Shown piece after piece: positions 14,201-27,850 of a stretch of 64,000 nt of DNA. The notes under the pieces were generated by a model. That model did no database searches. It saw nothing but the letters and a program-made list of their open reading frames with translations, and was not told where the DNA came from. Numbering within the stretch: position 1 is the first letter of the stretch; each line of letters starts with the position of its first letter. Source of the DNA: Octopus vulgaris (taxonomy: Eukaryota); the NCBI GenBank assembly GCA_951406725.2, contig OX597831.1:45446001-45510000 (forward strand), written 5' to 3'. A program made the translations under genes and the position numbers.

Positions 14201-15227
14201 TATTGCTTGTTCAGAAGATATAGTACCCATGTCACTTTTTTGGGGTCTTTGAAACTGGCTGCAGGAAAGATAGAAGTGAGGGAAGTATTCATCCTCACAC
14301 TGGAAACCGGACTCAAATGTTTGCAACAGAATTGCTCCACTGCTAAAAGTACCTCAGGATCAGATGATAGTGTTAAACTGGGTCAAGTCCGCAATACAAA
14401 AAGGCTCTGAACTTAGAATGTAAAAAACCCAGAAGAAATACCACAAAGCGTCCTATAACTGACTGATAATTTTCTCAACATTTAAGCATATGGGGGGAAG
14501 GGGTGCAACCATTTAATTTAACCTAATTATTGGGATAAAATAGAATGTCATAAAAATTCATAAGTATTTTAAGTAAGAACGACAGCAGTTTTGATCTCTC
14601 TTTGAAATTGCTCTTACTGATAATCTAATTTGCTCATTAGCTTCAAATTTGAAAGAATTAATGAGCATTCTAACAGCCAAGCTTTCTGTAACAAAAGGGA
14701 GCAAACCAAGCGAACAGTTTGAAGCAGCCCCCAGAGAAACTACAACAAATCTCATTCCACTTGCAAGCAGAATAAATTTTAATGACCTGTATATTATATG
14801 AGGTAAAGATAGCAAGCAAAATATATAAATGCCCTCTCTCATAGGAATAGGGAAAAAAATCTTGCTTTTCTTCATGCCATAAAAAGTTTAAGCCCAAATC
14901 TTTACCCTACCTCTACCTTACGTCAAAACAAATTTAGGTCAAGCTTCTATAATGCATTTCCCAATTGGCTTAAACATAGCTAACATCAAATAAGTAGCCA
15001 ATCAGTAAGTGTTTCATATAGCACAGAAAAATTACCCCACCACCACCACACACATATCTCTACTCTTTATCATTTCCTAGAAAGGGTAATCTTAAGCACA
15101 AACAAGCAAGAGTTGAATTATTTGGAAGATAATTCATCTATTTAATAACCATGAAACTCATTTCATCTAATTAAATGTGAAGCAATGAAAATATATGGAA
15201 GCACCAGTCAATGTGTGTGTGTATGTG

Positions 15228-15284
<57 letters not shown>

Positions 15285-15307
15285 TATATACATGACAACT
15301 AACAATT

Positions 15308-15515
15308 CTTTCACTATAGGCACAAAGCCTGAAATTTAGGGGAAGAGGGTTATTGATTACATCAAGGGATTGCTCAAGTGGTTCTAAAGTAAGTATCGAA
15401 AGGATGAAAAGCAAAGCTGACCTCAGTGGAATTTGAACTCAGAACATAAGGCTGGTAAAAAAGGTTGCAAAGCATTTTATATGGTGTGCCAATGATTCTG
15501 CCAGCTCACTGCCTT
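15308..15515 (-). mobile_element. SINE family A
   Basis: aaggatgaaaagcaaagctgacctcagtggaatttgaactcagaac...ctgccagctcactgcc. Confidence 0.8.
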
Positions 15516-15659
15516 AACTATGACAGATACTCATAATAATAATAAATCCTATAACTTCATCATTATCCATCTCCAATGTTGTTGTGGACTTAACACCCGG
15601 TTCAAAATGTTTTTATTCATAAACATTTTTATGGAGTCTGTTTATTTATTTATACCTAG

Positions 15660-16010
15660 GGCCAGGTGTGGGCCATAGAGTTCAGTCTTCAGCTACAGCC
15701 CTGGACTAATCAAAGCCTTCTGAGTGGATTTGGTAGACAGAAACTGAAAGAAGCCTGTTGTATTGGGCATGAGTATGTGCACCCTTGCCATAACATCTTA
15801 TGACTGCTATAAACAAACATTGCTAACATAAAAAACAACGTTGTTCAATTTCAGTCTTCTGTGAAAGACCTGTCTGGTTTATAGAGAAATATTAATTGAT
15901 CTGGAAACAAGTAAGGAAAAAAGGACATCCAGCCATAGAAAATCTGCCGCAACAAATTTCCTACAACCCATACAAGCATGGAAACATAGACATTAAAAGA
16001 TGGTAAAGAT
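15660..16010 (+). mobile_element. Degenerate SINE family B with D-like tail
   Basis: gagtggatttggtagacagaaactgaaagaagcc core followed by ggacatccagccatagaaa. Confidence 0.7.
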
Positions 16011-16034
16011 GAATAAATAAAAATAAAAAGAATG

Positions 16035-16325
16035 GCCCCCCGTGTCGGTGGCACGTAAAAGCACCATCCGTTCGTGTCCGTTGCCACGTAAAAGCACCAT
16101 CTGTTCGTGGCCGTTTGCCAGCTCTGTCTGGCACCTGTGTGGGTGGCATGTAAAAAGCACCCACTACACTCACGGAGTGGTTGGCGTTAGGAAGGGCATC
16201 CAGCCGTAGAAACACTGCCAGATCTGACTGGGCCTGACGAAGCCTTCCAGCTTCACAGACCCCAGTTGAACCGTCCAACCCATGCTAGCATGGAAAGCGG
16301 ACGCTAAATGATGATGATGATGATG
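16035..16325 (+). mobile_element. Family D short retroelement, young copy
   Basis: Near-identical inverted partner of 919-1298; ends gacgctaaatgatgatgatgat. Confidence 0.85.
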
Positions 16326-18334
16326 CTTCTCATACTTCATTAGGAAAGGAGCTCAGTGAAAAATAAAGTTTCAAAATGTCTTGTTCATCTTTTTAAGAAA
16401 CTTAATGAAAACAAGAACAGTAGCACCTATCACCTTTTTGCAGGACTTCCAAAATGGGTAGAAAAAGGGGATGGCGTTATCCTTAGACCATAGGACCTGG
16501 CCCAAATGCTCACATCAAAGTGGGCTTTGCTAAAGGCAACCAAATGCTGTTAAATTAAACAATGGATCAAATATAACAGGCAAAAAAGGTTGCAAAAGTA
16601 TACCTTTGTTTTGTTTTTTTTTTTAATTTATAAAGAAGAATACATCAGCTGGAGATCTTCACTGATAATGATCAATATGGACTATACCTGGTACTGAAAA
16701 CATCTGTTTTAGCATGACTTAACAGATTAACATAATCATAATATATCATTGCAGAGCATATACAAGTGTGTGAGCGTGTGGTGTGTAAAAGAGAGAAAGA
16801 GAGAGTGAAAAAGGGAACCCTCCCTCCGCACACTTTTTTATAATACTACATAAAATCCTAGGCTGAAATAAATTTTACATTCATCTTACACATTATTCAA
16901 ACATATAATTTGCTGGGATTTTTGTTGGTCTTTTTTTCTTGTGTAGATATGAAAATAATGGGATATTGATTTTTTTTGCTTTTTTTTTGGTAAATCCAGA
17001 AACCTATTTTAGTCAAACACTAGGATCATGGTAGAGCCATGACAGCCTTTTAAGACACATATACCATTATAGTCATGTTAGTTGCATTTTTGATAAACCC
17101 CTAGATGTATAGCAAAACACACAGACGTATAATATACATTATTACAAAGTGATTATGACAATATATTGTATGTTTTAAGTGTCTATCATATTTCTACCAC
17201 GGTAAATATTGTTGCAGTTTCAATGTACTATCACAGATTAAGTCATTTAGTCAAGATTCTAGAAAAAGAAAAGAACCTTTGTCTTGAGAACTGAGTTAAG
17301 AAATTTTTTCTACTGCTTAATTAGGGAGGGAAGAGCAGATAACTTCAGAGTTCATTAACCCTTTTGTTACCATATTTATTTTGAGATGCTCTGTGTTTCT
17401 TTCAATTAATTTTAAATATAACAAAGAATTTAGTAAAATAACTTAGGTTATCATTAAGCTGATGTTAGGAACAAAAATTGTGACCAAGATTTGGTGGAAG
17501 ATTTTCATTCAAAACTTAGGAAAACAAGACATTTGTACTACAGAGCCAGAATGCGGAAAGCAGACATATTTCCCATAACTGCAGAAAGCAATTTTACTGA
17601 ATAGCTTTGGGAAAAAATAAATCTCTCCTTACCCTGCAAGAAGCAGAGACAACCACCAGGGACACTTTTTACAAAATACAATTCTTCAAATTTTAATTTT
17701 TTTCACATATTTCATCAAATATCTCTTCACAAAAATAAGATTCAAATACTTTTAATGGTGAATATGAAAACTGTTTCGACAAGAGATACTGAAAAAGCAC
17801 TTCAGAAGTAGAAAAATACCAATTTCTATTTTTAGGTGGATAATTAACATCATAACAGGAATGGCCATGAAATTTAATTACACAGTCAAAGAGTTAAAAA
17901 ACAAATGCTTGTAACAGAGAGAACTTCACTAAAACACTCAAGATGCCAGTTGGTTTTGTTTCTGGGAGGCAGTTTACTTAATCTGCCTCCCGGAACACTC
18001 AATCAACCACCGAAGAACACAGAATGCAAAGAACCAGAACAAATACCACAAGGCATCCTGTCAGTTGTGCTAACAATATCATCAATCCACGACCCTAAAA
18101 GGATAAAAAGCAAAGTCAAGCCTGACAAAATTTGAACTTGAAGCACAGATAACTCAAGCTATTTTATACTACCCTCTCAAGACTTTCAAATTTTTACTCT
18201 TTTAAACTGAAAGATTAGGGACCTGTGGCACCAGTATTCTAGCTAATACAATGGTAATAGGGGGGGGGGTGAAACATACTTTTTGATTTGGGAGTATTTT
18301 TTCTAATTAATTGTGCACAAGGGATAAAATGGAA

Positions 18335-18560
18335 ATATATTGAGAGAAAAATTAGGCATAAGAAGCATCAGATATAGTGTGCAAAAGACAGAGCTAGTAT
18401 GGTCAAATGATGTGTATGGACACCAAGTGCTGATTGCTAAATAGATATGGAACTTACAAAAGATGGAGACCCATGAAGACATGGGATGAAGTTCCAAGAT
18501 GCTTGGCAATTTGCTGTGCTCAAGAAAACTCATCCACCTCAGCAAAAAATGAAGTACTCA
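18335..18560 (+). mobile_element. RTE LINE 3' coding fragment
   Basis: Translates LREKLGIRSIRYSVQKTELVW...GTYKRWRPMKTWDEV, matching RTE C-terminal LRWxGHV...RGRPRKTW. Confidence 0.7.
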
Positions 18561-19274
18561 AGGCATATCATTAATGTCTATGTGCTCATATGCAATCTGT
18601 ACATGTAAAACCTTCCCTACAACATCTTTGTAACAGCAGTTCCTTCTTACACTATTCAACCCTTAACAACACTATATCCTCTGCTGCTGTAAGTATATGT
18701 CAGTAGAACTGTACATATTCCATACTTGTTTTTGATGCTTACCAATTATCCATTTCCTTGGAACAACTTCCTTTGGCATCCACTCCACATTCTCATCAAT
18801 CATCCTTTACCATATTATTTTCTACCAAATGCCCTTTTCTTCCTGAACACCCTCTCGTGTATGCTATCATATCCTACCTGCCTACTTATTCTGTCACAAT
18901 GTCCACCTCCATGTGACTGACCTCTATCACTGAACATCTCTTTCTCAACTACATTTCACATCTATCTACAATTTTATTATATCATTGCTCTCCACCACCC
19001 ATCTGTCTGTCACTCTCCCTACACACTATTGCAAACCCACCCACCCAGCCATTCTCAATCCTTACTCCTCTCTCTACTCACCCTTTTTTTACTTTGAGAA
19101 TATGTCCCAACATCTCAATTCCACTCTCCTTTCTCCATTTCCTTCTGAGGTAGCTAGGTATCTCCTCTACAGCAAGGAGATACATATGTCCCTGAGGTAT
19201 ACTTTAGCCTCTCAACACTTGGCATAAAGCAATCTCTCTCAGTAGTGAATCCCCACTGTGTGTTGCAACTTACT

Positions 19275-19450
19275 TGGTAACAGCACTAGTACCAGTATCA
19301 TGACAAAAGCACACAGTACACTATGTAGAGTGATTGGCGTTAGGAAGGGCATCTAGCTGTAGAAACCATCCCAAAATAGACACTGGAGCTCAATGCAATC
19401 CTGTCTTGTCAGATCCTATTGGAGTACTGACGTTAAATGATGATGCTGAT
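19275..19450 (+). mobile_element. Family D element, degenerate
   Basis: ttggcgttaggaagggcatctagctgtagaaacc...gacgttaaatgatgatg. Confidence 0.7.
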
Positions 19451-19854
19451 GGATTGCTTTCAGTTGTTTAAGCCTCCACTTCTTTTACAGATACTACACT
19501 GACCACTGACTTCAGACATCTACCTACATCTAAGAGCAAATCACAAATCTTTTCAAAAAGATTAGGTTACTTAGAACAATTTGAATGACTTTGTTAATGT
19601 TTAGATGTACACAAAATTCTAAGATTCATTATCATTTTTATGTCAATTTTTGTATGCCCGCATACAAAAATGGGCATGTCTTGAAATGTCTTGCAATCGT
19701 TATCTAACACACACACAGCCATAGTGAAAAACAGTGAACATTATAGCCATGTATATCTTACAGTGTGGACTAAGTGAATCTTATCATGCCACCAACAATA
19801 ACAAGGCTGACTGCAGCTAGTCTCAAAAGTTCTTTCAATCTCATAAATATTATA

Positions 19855-20268
19855 GGTACAGGCATGGCTATGTGGTTAAGAAGCTTGCTTCTTAAACATG
19901 TTATCTTGGGGTCAGTCCCACTGCATGGCATCTTGGGCAAGTGTCTACCATTAAAACCCCAGGTTGACCAAAGCCTTACAAGCAGATTTAGAAGACAGAA
20001 ACTGAAAGAAGCCCATGTATATGTGTGCATGTGCTTATGTCTGTATGTACCTTTGTTTTGACATCATGTGACGATTGTAAATGAGCTTCATCATCATACA
20101 AAAGATGTTCGTTTCCTACCTTCTTATGATGAAAATATATATACATATGTATATATGTATGTAGGGGAGGGTTGGCAACAGGAAGAGCATCAAACTATAG
20201 AGAATCTACCTCAACAAATTCCACCAGACCCATGCAAGTATGGAAAAGTGGATGTTAAATGATGATGC
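19855..20268 (+). mobile_element. SINE family B (CORE-like TTGGGCAAGTG), CpG-decayed
   Basis: ggcatggctatgtggttaagaagcttgc...cagtcccactgcatggcatcttgggcaagtgtc. Confidence 0.8.
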
Positions 20269-21921
20269 CTGTCTTCACCAGGCTAATGTTTTAGATGGCA
20301 TGTAGGAATATTTTAAATAAAAAGAATCCTTGCTATCATAACAGGTAGCTCATGTTTGCACCCCACAACAAAATTAAATAGCTGTGTGTTTCCCACATTT
20401 CTCAAAACTGATGTGTTGAACACAATTATTTGCATGGAATTTCTGGCAATTCCACTTTCATATACCTGCATATCAACTCATTCTCTTTTGCTTTACTTAT
20501 GTCAAAGCTAGCTTCTGAGGGAAGGTCCTTATTTTACTGAATTGAGTCAAGTGTGTCACTACGGAATGAGACAATTTGGCATAGCTGACTAGTCACTCAG
20601 TACGATTTGGCAACAGTACTTTTTGGTGCTGTTAGCAAATACACATGTACAGAAATTCACAGATAGAGAAGAAGAAAAAATGCGAGAGAAAGCAAAAGAC
20701 ATTACAGTTTATGAATTGAACATGAATGACAAACACTTTCCATCTCCTCATACACATGAAGAGAAAGGGAACAAAAAGGAGAGAGAGAACAGAAACATCA
20801 AAACATCTTAGCAATGCCAAATAGGTTTGTACCAAAATGGCTGTGCCAAAACACCTCAGGCCTGTGTAACTAGTACATATTAACTTCAGTAAGATTTGAA
20901 CTCAGAACCAACTAAATAGTATAAAACAGTTAGCTTGGTATTCTACTACTGTTTCTATTTTATCATCAGCATTAACAAAAAATGAAAAACAAATATTAAG
21001 AGAATAAGAGTTGAGAGTAAAGATCTTTAACATGTTTTAATAATAATGAATTATTAACCTTTATCCTATTAGCACAAAACAGCTGTTGTATACAGTCTGC
21101 AATGATTTTGAGAACATTAGTTTCCACTTAAAATATATGGCAGTATTTTAACAAAACATAAAAAGATGAAAGTTATGTATTTTAACTATAGTATATCAAT
21201 GAAGAAAAAATATAAAGCAAAAATATTTATCTAAGTATAGTTTCAAAATATAGATAAGCTGACCTCGAGGTTGAGTAAGACATATGATGAGGATCAGATA
21301 TGAGCAATTTAACATGCCCAAGAAAACAGCTTAGACAGAAAAAATGCAAAGCATCCTTAATTTATACAATGTAACCTACATTCTCATTTGAAATTTCCTA
21401 TAAAATCTAGTAGCCACCGTCTTTAGCCCTTCATTAAATATAAACACTTCAGAAACATGTTAGAAATATACTTCATCCATATCATAGGATAGTAATAAAC
21501 AGAAATCTTAAATGAAATATTTAAATTTAAAGAAAAAAAATAGTAATAGTGAAATATGAAGAGATTCTATTATAAATTAACTTTGTGAATTTAATAACTG
21601 ACATCATGTTTTCCTACCTAATACTGATAAAGTATGATAGTGGAGGTGTAGGATTCAGAAGTTAATGCTGCAATTAAAAGCACTGAGAACCAAGAACAGA
21701 GAGTAATGCCTATGCTATGATGGTACTGCACATACAGAGGATTAACAACAGAGAGGAGTGGGTGAAAATGTTTAGCTTAATTTCAATCTTCTGGAATTTT
21801 CTAGACAGGCACCACACACTATGCATGTGTTATTTATAAATTCATTCTTATAGTTTCCTCCCCTCCTTATCAAATACATTTCTACTATATTTTGAAGGTA
21901 CCTGTTTAATGCAAAAGAAAT

Positions 21922-21952
<31 letters not shown>

Positions 21953-22648
21953 AATTTCCTATTTCATAAATCAGAGTGGCTAATTCATTCCTTGTTCATT
22001 CACTGAAGCAATTATCAGTCAGTAATTTACTATGTAAATGCCAATATTGTCTCCAAATATCAGCACAACTATTCAAGTGGAATTATTAAATTCATGTTCA
22101 GCTCCCAGTCACAGCTATTTCGCTTACTTTGCTAATAATATTCTTGCAAAACAGAATGACCATCACAATTCCACATGCAATGCTCTGAAATCAATAGGAC
22201 TGAACATTACTGATACCCCTAATATCAAAACAAAACAACTGTTTACCACACTACTACAAGGAATAAATATTTACCCTTATTAGTAAAAAAATAAGAAGGG
22301 AAGGGGTATAATTAAAACAAATTTTTTTTATATAAAATTTAATTTTAAAAACTCCAATTATTTAACCTATTCGATTCAAAGGAAATTTTTTGGAAAAACC
22401 TATTTTTCTGATTTTCACCTGCTAGAGACCAATAATATAATCTATAAAAATATCATCAAAACACAGTATCAATAATATATAAACAGTATTACAGAAGTAT
22501 TTATCATATTAACACTGTGCATTGACTGTTTTGATGTCATTTTTTTTTATAGATTTTCCAAATGAACTATGTTCAAAAAAGTTTTTCTGAAACATTTGGC
22601 AAAAATAATGGTAGAATTCTAAATACAGTATAATGAATAAATGAATAC

Positions 22649-22692
22649 CTGGAATGAGATCCTCCTTGCCCTTCCATCTCTTTGGTACTCAT
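22649..22692 (-). CDS. Candidate first coding segment of a minus-strand host gene (exon 22649-22701; MSTKEMEGQGGSHS, phase 2)
   Basis: Strong acceptor cttttcatttcttctttttattag| at 22702, a 53-nt purine-rich exon, and donor AG|gtattc at 22648. The ATG follows an in-frame TGA. An alternative frame FLNEYQRDGRARRISFQ is also open. Product unknown. Confidence 0.5.
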
Positions 22693-24550
22693 TCAGAAAT
22701 CCTAATAAAAAGAAGAAATGAAAAGGAATGAGTGAATTGGATTAAATTACCAAACAGTCAAAACTTAATACAGATTTCTGTTGCGATAATTTTCTATGAA
22801 GATTAACATTCATCATTGTATGTAATCAGCTTTATTTTTTATATTTAAGCATATAAATGTATACCAGCAAGGTACTGTGTATACACATGGGGTACCACAC
22901 ATACATTTATACACACATATAGTAAACAATACTTTATGCACATACACCTTAATTGTGAGTATATGTATATACATATCTACACGCACGCACACACTTCAGG
23001 GTTTTTTTAATATATATATATACATATAATTTAATCGATTTTTCATGATTAAAAAAAATCAAGTATTTTAAAATGAACAGACTTTAAGGAATATCAAGCT
23101 CATTTTAAGTCAGACTTAAAAATATCTTCTGAGAACATGAAGAGGTATAAATTTAATATTTTACTTAAGGAAAAAACAACTAAAAAACTGGTATCTACGA
23201 TGTCTTACACTTGTAAACAATAGTAAACTTTTAATTTATATTAACCAAGATATCTGAAGATCATTCGTCCAACTTGCAAACCCCTTAAGAATGGGGTCAA
23301 TTATAACCATTCTACATTCCATTTGCAAGCATTTCGTAGGTTCTGTGATCTTATTTAGACAATTACACTAATTTCAACCCAAGAGATTTTTTTCTAAGTA
23401 TAAAATAAATTGCATTTATTTAGCTTTAAATACAATCAAATATTCGGTTGCCTTAATCTACAGTGATGAAACTTTCTTGTGTTCTTGTAAATTATCTCAA
23501 ATTATATATCATATTAAATATTTGGAAAAACAAAATACTCAGCTTGGTGAGAAAGACTTAATAAATTATATTATCAAGAGGCTGGAGAAAATGAGGTGCT
23601 GCTTATGAAATAATTAGTATTAGTAATATAAAGTAAACAAGGCACTAAGCTTTATAACATTTAATTATCATTTCTAATTTGTTGATGAAAGACTTTAAAG
23701 TGTTCTACTTTTGGTATTAATAGAAGTAAGCAGCAGAAGGATTTTTTTTTCAGGCATGGTACTTGTGTACTTGTTCCAGTTAGTTATCAACTATATCGCA
23801 ATCACAACTCTATATATCTATCCTAAGGAACAAATTTTTACAACTTGTTCACAGCTTTATATTTAACCAAGAATAAACACACACACGTACACATCAGGTA
23901 AACTTTATAACATGATATTTTACAGATAAATACTTAAGACAGACAAGACTTTTTTTTTCAATAAGAAACAGAAATAGTGGAAAATACAGAGATAATGATG
24001 ATAATTTTTTTTTTCTTTTTTACTTTGTACGAGACAATTAATTTCGTATAAGATTAATTATAGATTCGTCGAATTTTTAAAAACAGTATTTAAGGTAATG
24101 AATTAAACTTGTGAGTATGGTGATGTAGGTTTGGATGAAAAGACAAGTGAAATATGAACAATAACTAACATAAAAGTAGATATGACAAAATGTTTCTACC
24201 ATCTTAATGGGGATAAACAGCTTCAAAATTGATATGCTAAACAATGGATATAAACAGAAAACATTGTGGACGAAATTAAAGATCGCAGGTTGGTGTGTAA
24301 AAAAGAGAAAAACCCTCGTTCCTAAGATGAATCTGTATAAATTATAGAGGAAAGCAAATTTAGATTAGAGACAAAGTGTTGTTTTATGACAGTAAAATAG
24401 CCAAGTTGAACAACGATGGTGTGTGGATAGATAGACTGAATGGCTGAAACTAATGTGATAGTTAACCATGAAGGTAGGGAAAGTGGGGCAGCAGCTTATT
24501 GTGGTGATGATGATGGTGGTGGCTTTAGTGTAGGAGGAGGACTTAGTTAC

Positions 24551-24675
24551 GACTGCTTTCCTTCCTGCCTCAATTTATTCGTTGACTTTTCACAGGCTTC
24601 TCAGATTCCCCCAAACATGGCGGCACTGCTAACATTTCTCTGCTGCTCTGGCTCACACAGCCACACTTTTATACC
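24551..24675 (-). promoter_or_regulatory. Candidate alternative promoter or 5' UTR exon
   Basis: YY1-type AACATGGCGGC at ~24615-24625 (GCCGCCATG on minus, 5-codon uORF MFGGI*); TATAAAA on minus at 24667-24673; weak donor gtaact at 24550; lies where CpG-normal sequence begins. Confidence 0.4.
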
Positions 24676-25307
24676 TATCTGCACATGATTTCAACAGAGA
24701 ACAGTCAAACACTAATCGAACCAAAACACAACAGAGACGAAAATGTATGCTACGTTGCAAGTCGCAAGCATTTACTTTTTAAACACAAAACACCAAGTAG
24801 ATATGATATACATTTTTTTTTAAGTTCGCAAAATCGATGATAATAATTCACAAATATATATTATATAGAGCCACATACATAATGCAGAATTGTTGCAAAT
24901 GCCACAAAAGTTGATAGATTTATGACCTAAGCATAAAAAACGAATGTGAAAGACGAAGTAAGTAAGGAAAAAGCTAAAATTGTTAAGGGTGAGAGACGTT
25001 TATGTGGAAGAGCAACAAAAAGATGGCGTGCGAAGACAACCTGGAAGAGATCCACGCTAGAACTAGGTTACAACCAGATTGTAATCAAACCCCGCAACAA
25101 AAAATTATTACTAAAACGAAATCCCTAAGGATTTTCCCCCCTATACAAAGAAAGGATTATCGCTCAGATAAAAATAAATGAATAAAGCACTTGTGGTTGG
25201 TGTTGTATCGTAAAAAAGAAGTGAACTTTCAACAATTTAAGAAATGTTATAAAACAAAGAAATCCACAACAAACGATAAGATCCTCTGTATGTGTGTGTG
25301 TATGTGC

Positions 25308-25348
<41 letters not shown>

Positions 25349-25957
25349 ATTGACATCGTTCATATAATGTCAGTGTTTATTATTATAATTCTAGGATACA
25401 AACGATTTTTTCTTTCTTCATTGAAAGTAATAAAAACATTTTGAAAAATAAATAATTAATGTAACTTAAAGAGAAAAATAACTTTGATGGCATTAAACAA
25501 ATCAGGGAATGATAATGAAATTTTTTAAAAAAATATAGTTAGAAGAAATAAAAATCTGAAGAAGCAAAATATTCAACTTTGCTTAGTTTACTTCATTAGT
25601 TAATTTTCCATTACACTTTTTGTTTACTGAATGAAACAAGTCTAATAGCAGAATAGAGGTGTGTGTGTGTGTATGTATGTAAAGTTCTGCTGTCAATTTT
25701 TGAAGAAAAAAAAAAAAGGGAATATTAACAGATTTAATTTACTCTTGTACACTAAAACCTTATTTTATTCAACAAAATAGACTGCAAGACCAGCGTGAAC
25801 TGAACTAAGAACGGTGAAGTAGCGAACTAGTATAATGTAGTAAAGTATACATTAGTGCAGCTCGCAACTGCCTGCGCCAAATCTAGTATATATAAACAAC
25901 GATGGCTGCAGGAGTGTGTTGTTGGTAATTAGATACTAGACACATTATATGCATGTG

Positions 25958-25988
<31 letters not shown>

Positions 25989-26399
25989 GAACAAGACAGC
26001 TGATTCGGTGCTATATAACAAAAGACACCATGTGTTGTGCATGTAGAGTATGTGTACATATTTGTGTTACGGGGGAAATGCTGGCTAGTTTGGAACATTT
26101 GGCATGGTTAAAATGAGACGATTTACATCTCTCACTTGCAAATGTCTTTATATCTGAAAGAAAAGGAAAGGGAGAAAAAAAAAGGGGCATATTTTTGTGA
26201 AATCAAAAGAAGGATAGGAAGGGAGTGAAGTAAGTTATTTTTACCAGAAATTTTTAATAGATGAATCAAAAAAGCACACAGCTTTTCGGAAGCGAAAGCG
26301 ATAAAATAATATCAATTTAAATGGAGATGCAATCTATAAGCTAAACAAGAACCATAAAAACACACACGCACACAAGAACCGGCAATAGACACCCCATAC

Positions 26400-27850
26400 A
26401 CATACCGCCTCTGTGTCATCAACACTAGTAGCAGTACTAGTGCTACTATGATCATTATTATCACTAGCTATCTACCACTTTTAACATCTCATTTAGCGCA
26501 AGTACCACAGCACAAACATACTTTGAACACTAGTGCTACAATCAGCATCAAGTGCGTACTCACCACTAATATAAGTACATCATTATCACAGCCACCAATA
26601 TTAACACAACCATCACCATGGAAGGTAACCATGCTAACCGTTAGCGAGCCTCTATGTGCTCACTCGACCTGCTAGAAATAGCAGTCAAATCTAAAAAAAG
26701 GCTTCATTGAATCACACCCTGCTATCTGAAATAAGGAAAGGATAACGTTGTCCTAGATGTCCGTACGTTGACGGTGTGGGCCAAGGCTGGAACGTCTTTG
26801 CTCCTGATAACAGTTCAATCACGACTGACCCGGGCCTAGATAACAACCATCACCGTTATCACAAAGTATAAATATCAAAGCTAGTGTTGTTAGTATTACC
26901 AAAACACCAACAGTAATATGATACCAATATTAGCACACTATCAATGCACAATATCCTTAGGAAGAACATCTCTAGTTAATATCAAAAGCATCGCACCACT
27001 ATCATCATAAATGCAGGGACCATCACAATCACCAGCACAATTACATGCACCGCTATTGCTTATCATCACCATAAGCACCACTTAGATAACACTACATCCG
27101 AGATATCAACAAAACACCACAGCCAGTGTTGCAAACACTGTACGAACACTACCACCAACACCATTAATTAATACAAGTAGCAGCTATACTATTACCAACA
27201 GTAAGTACCACCAAGATCTTAACGAAGGAGTCTCTATATGGTCGATGAACCAGCTAGAAATAGAAATCAAATATCTCAAATCACATCCTACCACCTTAAA
27301 TATGTTTAAATAGGGTGGTCACAAATGGAAATCCTTTGACCACAAGTTGACCTGTAGCCAAACAACAACAGAACTAGTCACCGTTATATTTTTTACGAAA
27401 GCTATATAATGCAGTCACCATCACTTGTAGCCTATGTATCTTTTTAATTAAACATTACTCATTATTTTAATTACAATTCGCTAGTAGTACCCAATTAATT
27501 GGTGTTTTACGACGGCTATAACGGCTCCAGAAACCATCATCATTATTACAAGCACTATAATATTACCGCCAACAATCTCACCACTGTCATCTTATATTAT
27601 TGACCAAATAATAGTACCAGCAACACTACCACCGATACTATAGTTATTAGTACAAGCACTCGACGTCAACATCTCCAAAAATATGAATTGTTACTATCAT
27701 CGCCATCAGCAGCAGTAGCATGAACATCATCAACAATAATACTGAGAGAGCCATTATCACGATCATCATCGTCAAGAAATAAACACGAGCATCACCAACA
27801 ACAGTAGCACTACCACCACCACCACCATCAGCTTTTAAACTCAACTACCG
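26400..27850. repeat. Cryptic low-complexity (ACC/ATC/AAC-rich) tract with two copies of dispersed repeat E (~26640-26850, ~27220-27370)
   Basis: Degenerate trinucleotide composition; ctagaaatag(c/a)a(g/a)tcaaat motif also at ~30380-30545 (minus) and ~48090-48300. Confidence 0.65.

Noticed and set aside
24440-24688. 82-aa + strand ORF over the YY1/ATGGCG motif
   Set aside because: Low-complexity N-terminus, no downstream + strand exon structure, and splice signals and skew favour the minus strand.
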